A DNA stretch of 56,698 nucleotides from Piedraia hortae CBS 480.64 (taxonomy: Eukaryota): NCBI GenBank assembly GCA_010093745.1, contig MU005969.1, positions 186,001-242,698 on the forward strand. Direction: 5' to 3'. Both the position numbers and the translations under genes were made by a program. The notes beneath the pieces are model-generated. The model ran no database searches. It was not told where the DNA came from and saw only the letters and a program-made list of their open reading frames with translations. Below, piece by piece: positions 56,180 through 56,698 of the stretch. Positions within the stretch are counted from its first letter, which is position 1; each line of letters opens with the position of its first letter.

Positions 56180-56601
56180 AGTTGAATGGTTCGGGCCAAC
56201 CAGGCAGTATAGCTAGACTTTTCAACTCTTCTTTTGCTTTTGTACAAGCCTCATATTCCTTGGCTTCTGCTCAAGCGAGATTTATTGTTCATGGGCTTGG
56301 TCATTGCGACCGGATGTGTTTGCCAGTAATTACATGTTTGAATACGTAGAAACATGCATGTGCATGGGGTTTAAGGTGGATGAGGCGACTATTCTGCAAT
56401 CTTGATGTTGGATATAAACTCTCCATAAGCATGTACCAACAGGCTTCGTTCCAAAATGCACAAGGCTTTTCGTCTCATCTTTTATTATATGGTTTTGGAT
56501 AGGGTGCATAATTAACTTTTCTCGCTCTATCACTCCAGCCAAAGACCTGTGAAGTTTTGGGTTCGATTATATCCCGCAGTCACCGTGATCGATTGTGGAT
56601 A

Positions 56602-56698
56602 TGTATTATAATTGTGAGCAGATGTGTACCTGCATACAAATCTCTACGGAAAACTAGTTGACGCGTGAAGTCGAGAGCCGAGCGACGGTTACTAATAA
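56602..56698 (+). repeat. Dispersed repeat, copy 2 (truncated by window end)
   Basis: High similarity to 14867-14963. Confidence 0.9.

Noticed and set aside
1..56698. CRISPR arrays, tRNA/rRNA genes, prokaryotic defence systems, secondary-metabolite cluster
   Set aside because: The sequence is eukaryotic and intron-containing; no regularly spaced repeats, cloverleafs, rRNA tracts or PKS/NRPS motifs were seen.

Overview
Eukaryotic DNA from a gene-dense filamentous ascomycete (Pezizomycotina-type genes, mostly 43-51 nt GT-AG introns, short intergenic gaps). About 1.7-46.5 kb is core housekeeping genes: SUR1/CSH1, SEC12, FCF2, PNP1, RSM10, RSM27, an RNase III, RPA49, a promethin-like gene, a phosducin-like gene, CAF1/POP2, complex I B12, FLX1, GPI11, THO2, a PTH11-like gene, RAD16, SNT1 and MYO2. 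Mobile DNA comprises a decayed Ty1/copia pol fragment at the left end and a decayed Ty3/gypsy element at 13.3-15.4 kb, into which a 5'-truncated LINE has inserted with a 17-bp target-site duplication. The last ~10 kb is a degenerate repeat/pseudogene zone. The best unannotated signals are non-coding. One is a box C/D snoRNA (snR63/SNORD46 type) in the FCF2 intron. The other is a tandem pair of H/ACA snoRNAs (snR43/SNORA9-like, with compensatory base changes), each behind a GTAAGT donor directly downstream of the RNase III stop codon. Two unusually large structured intergenic regions (28.4-30.4 kb and 39-41.6 kb) are flagged as speculative ncRNA candidates. All assignments come from reading motifs by eye, and rRNA target sequences are recalled from memory; no searches were run.
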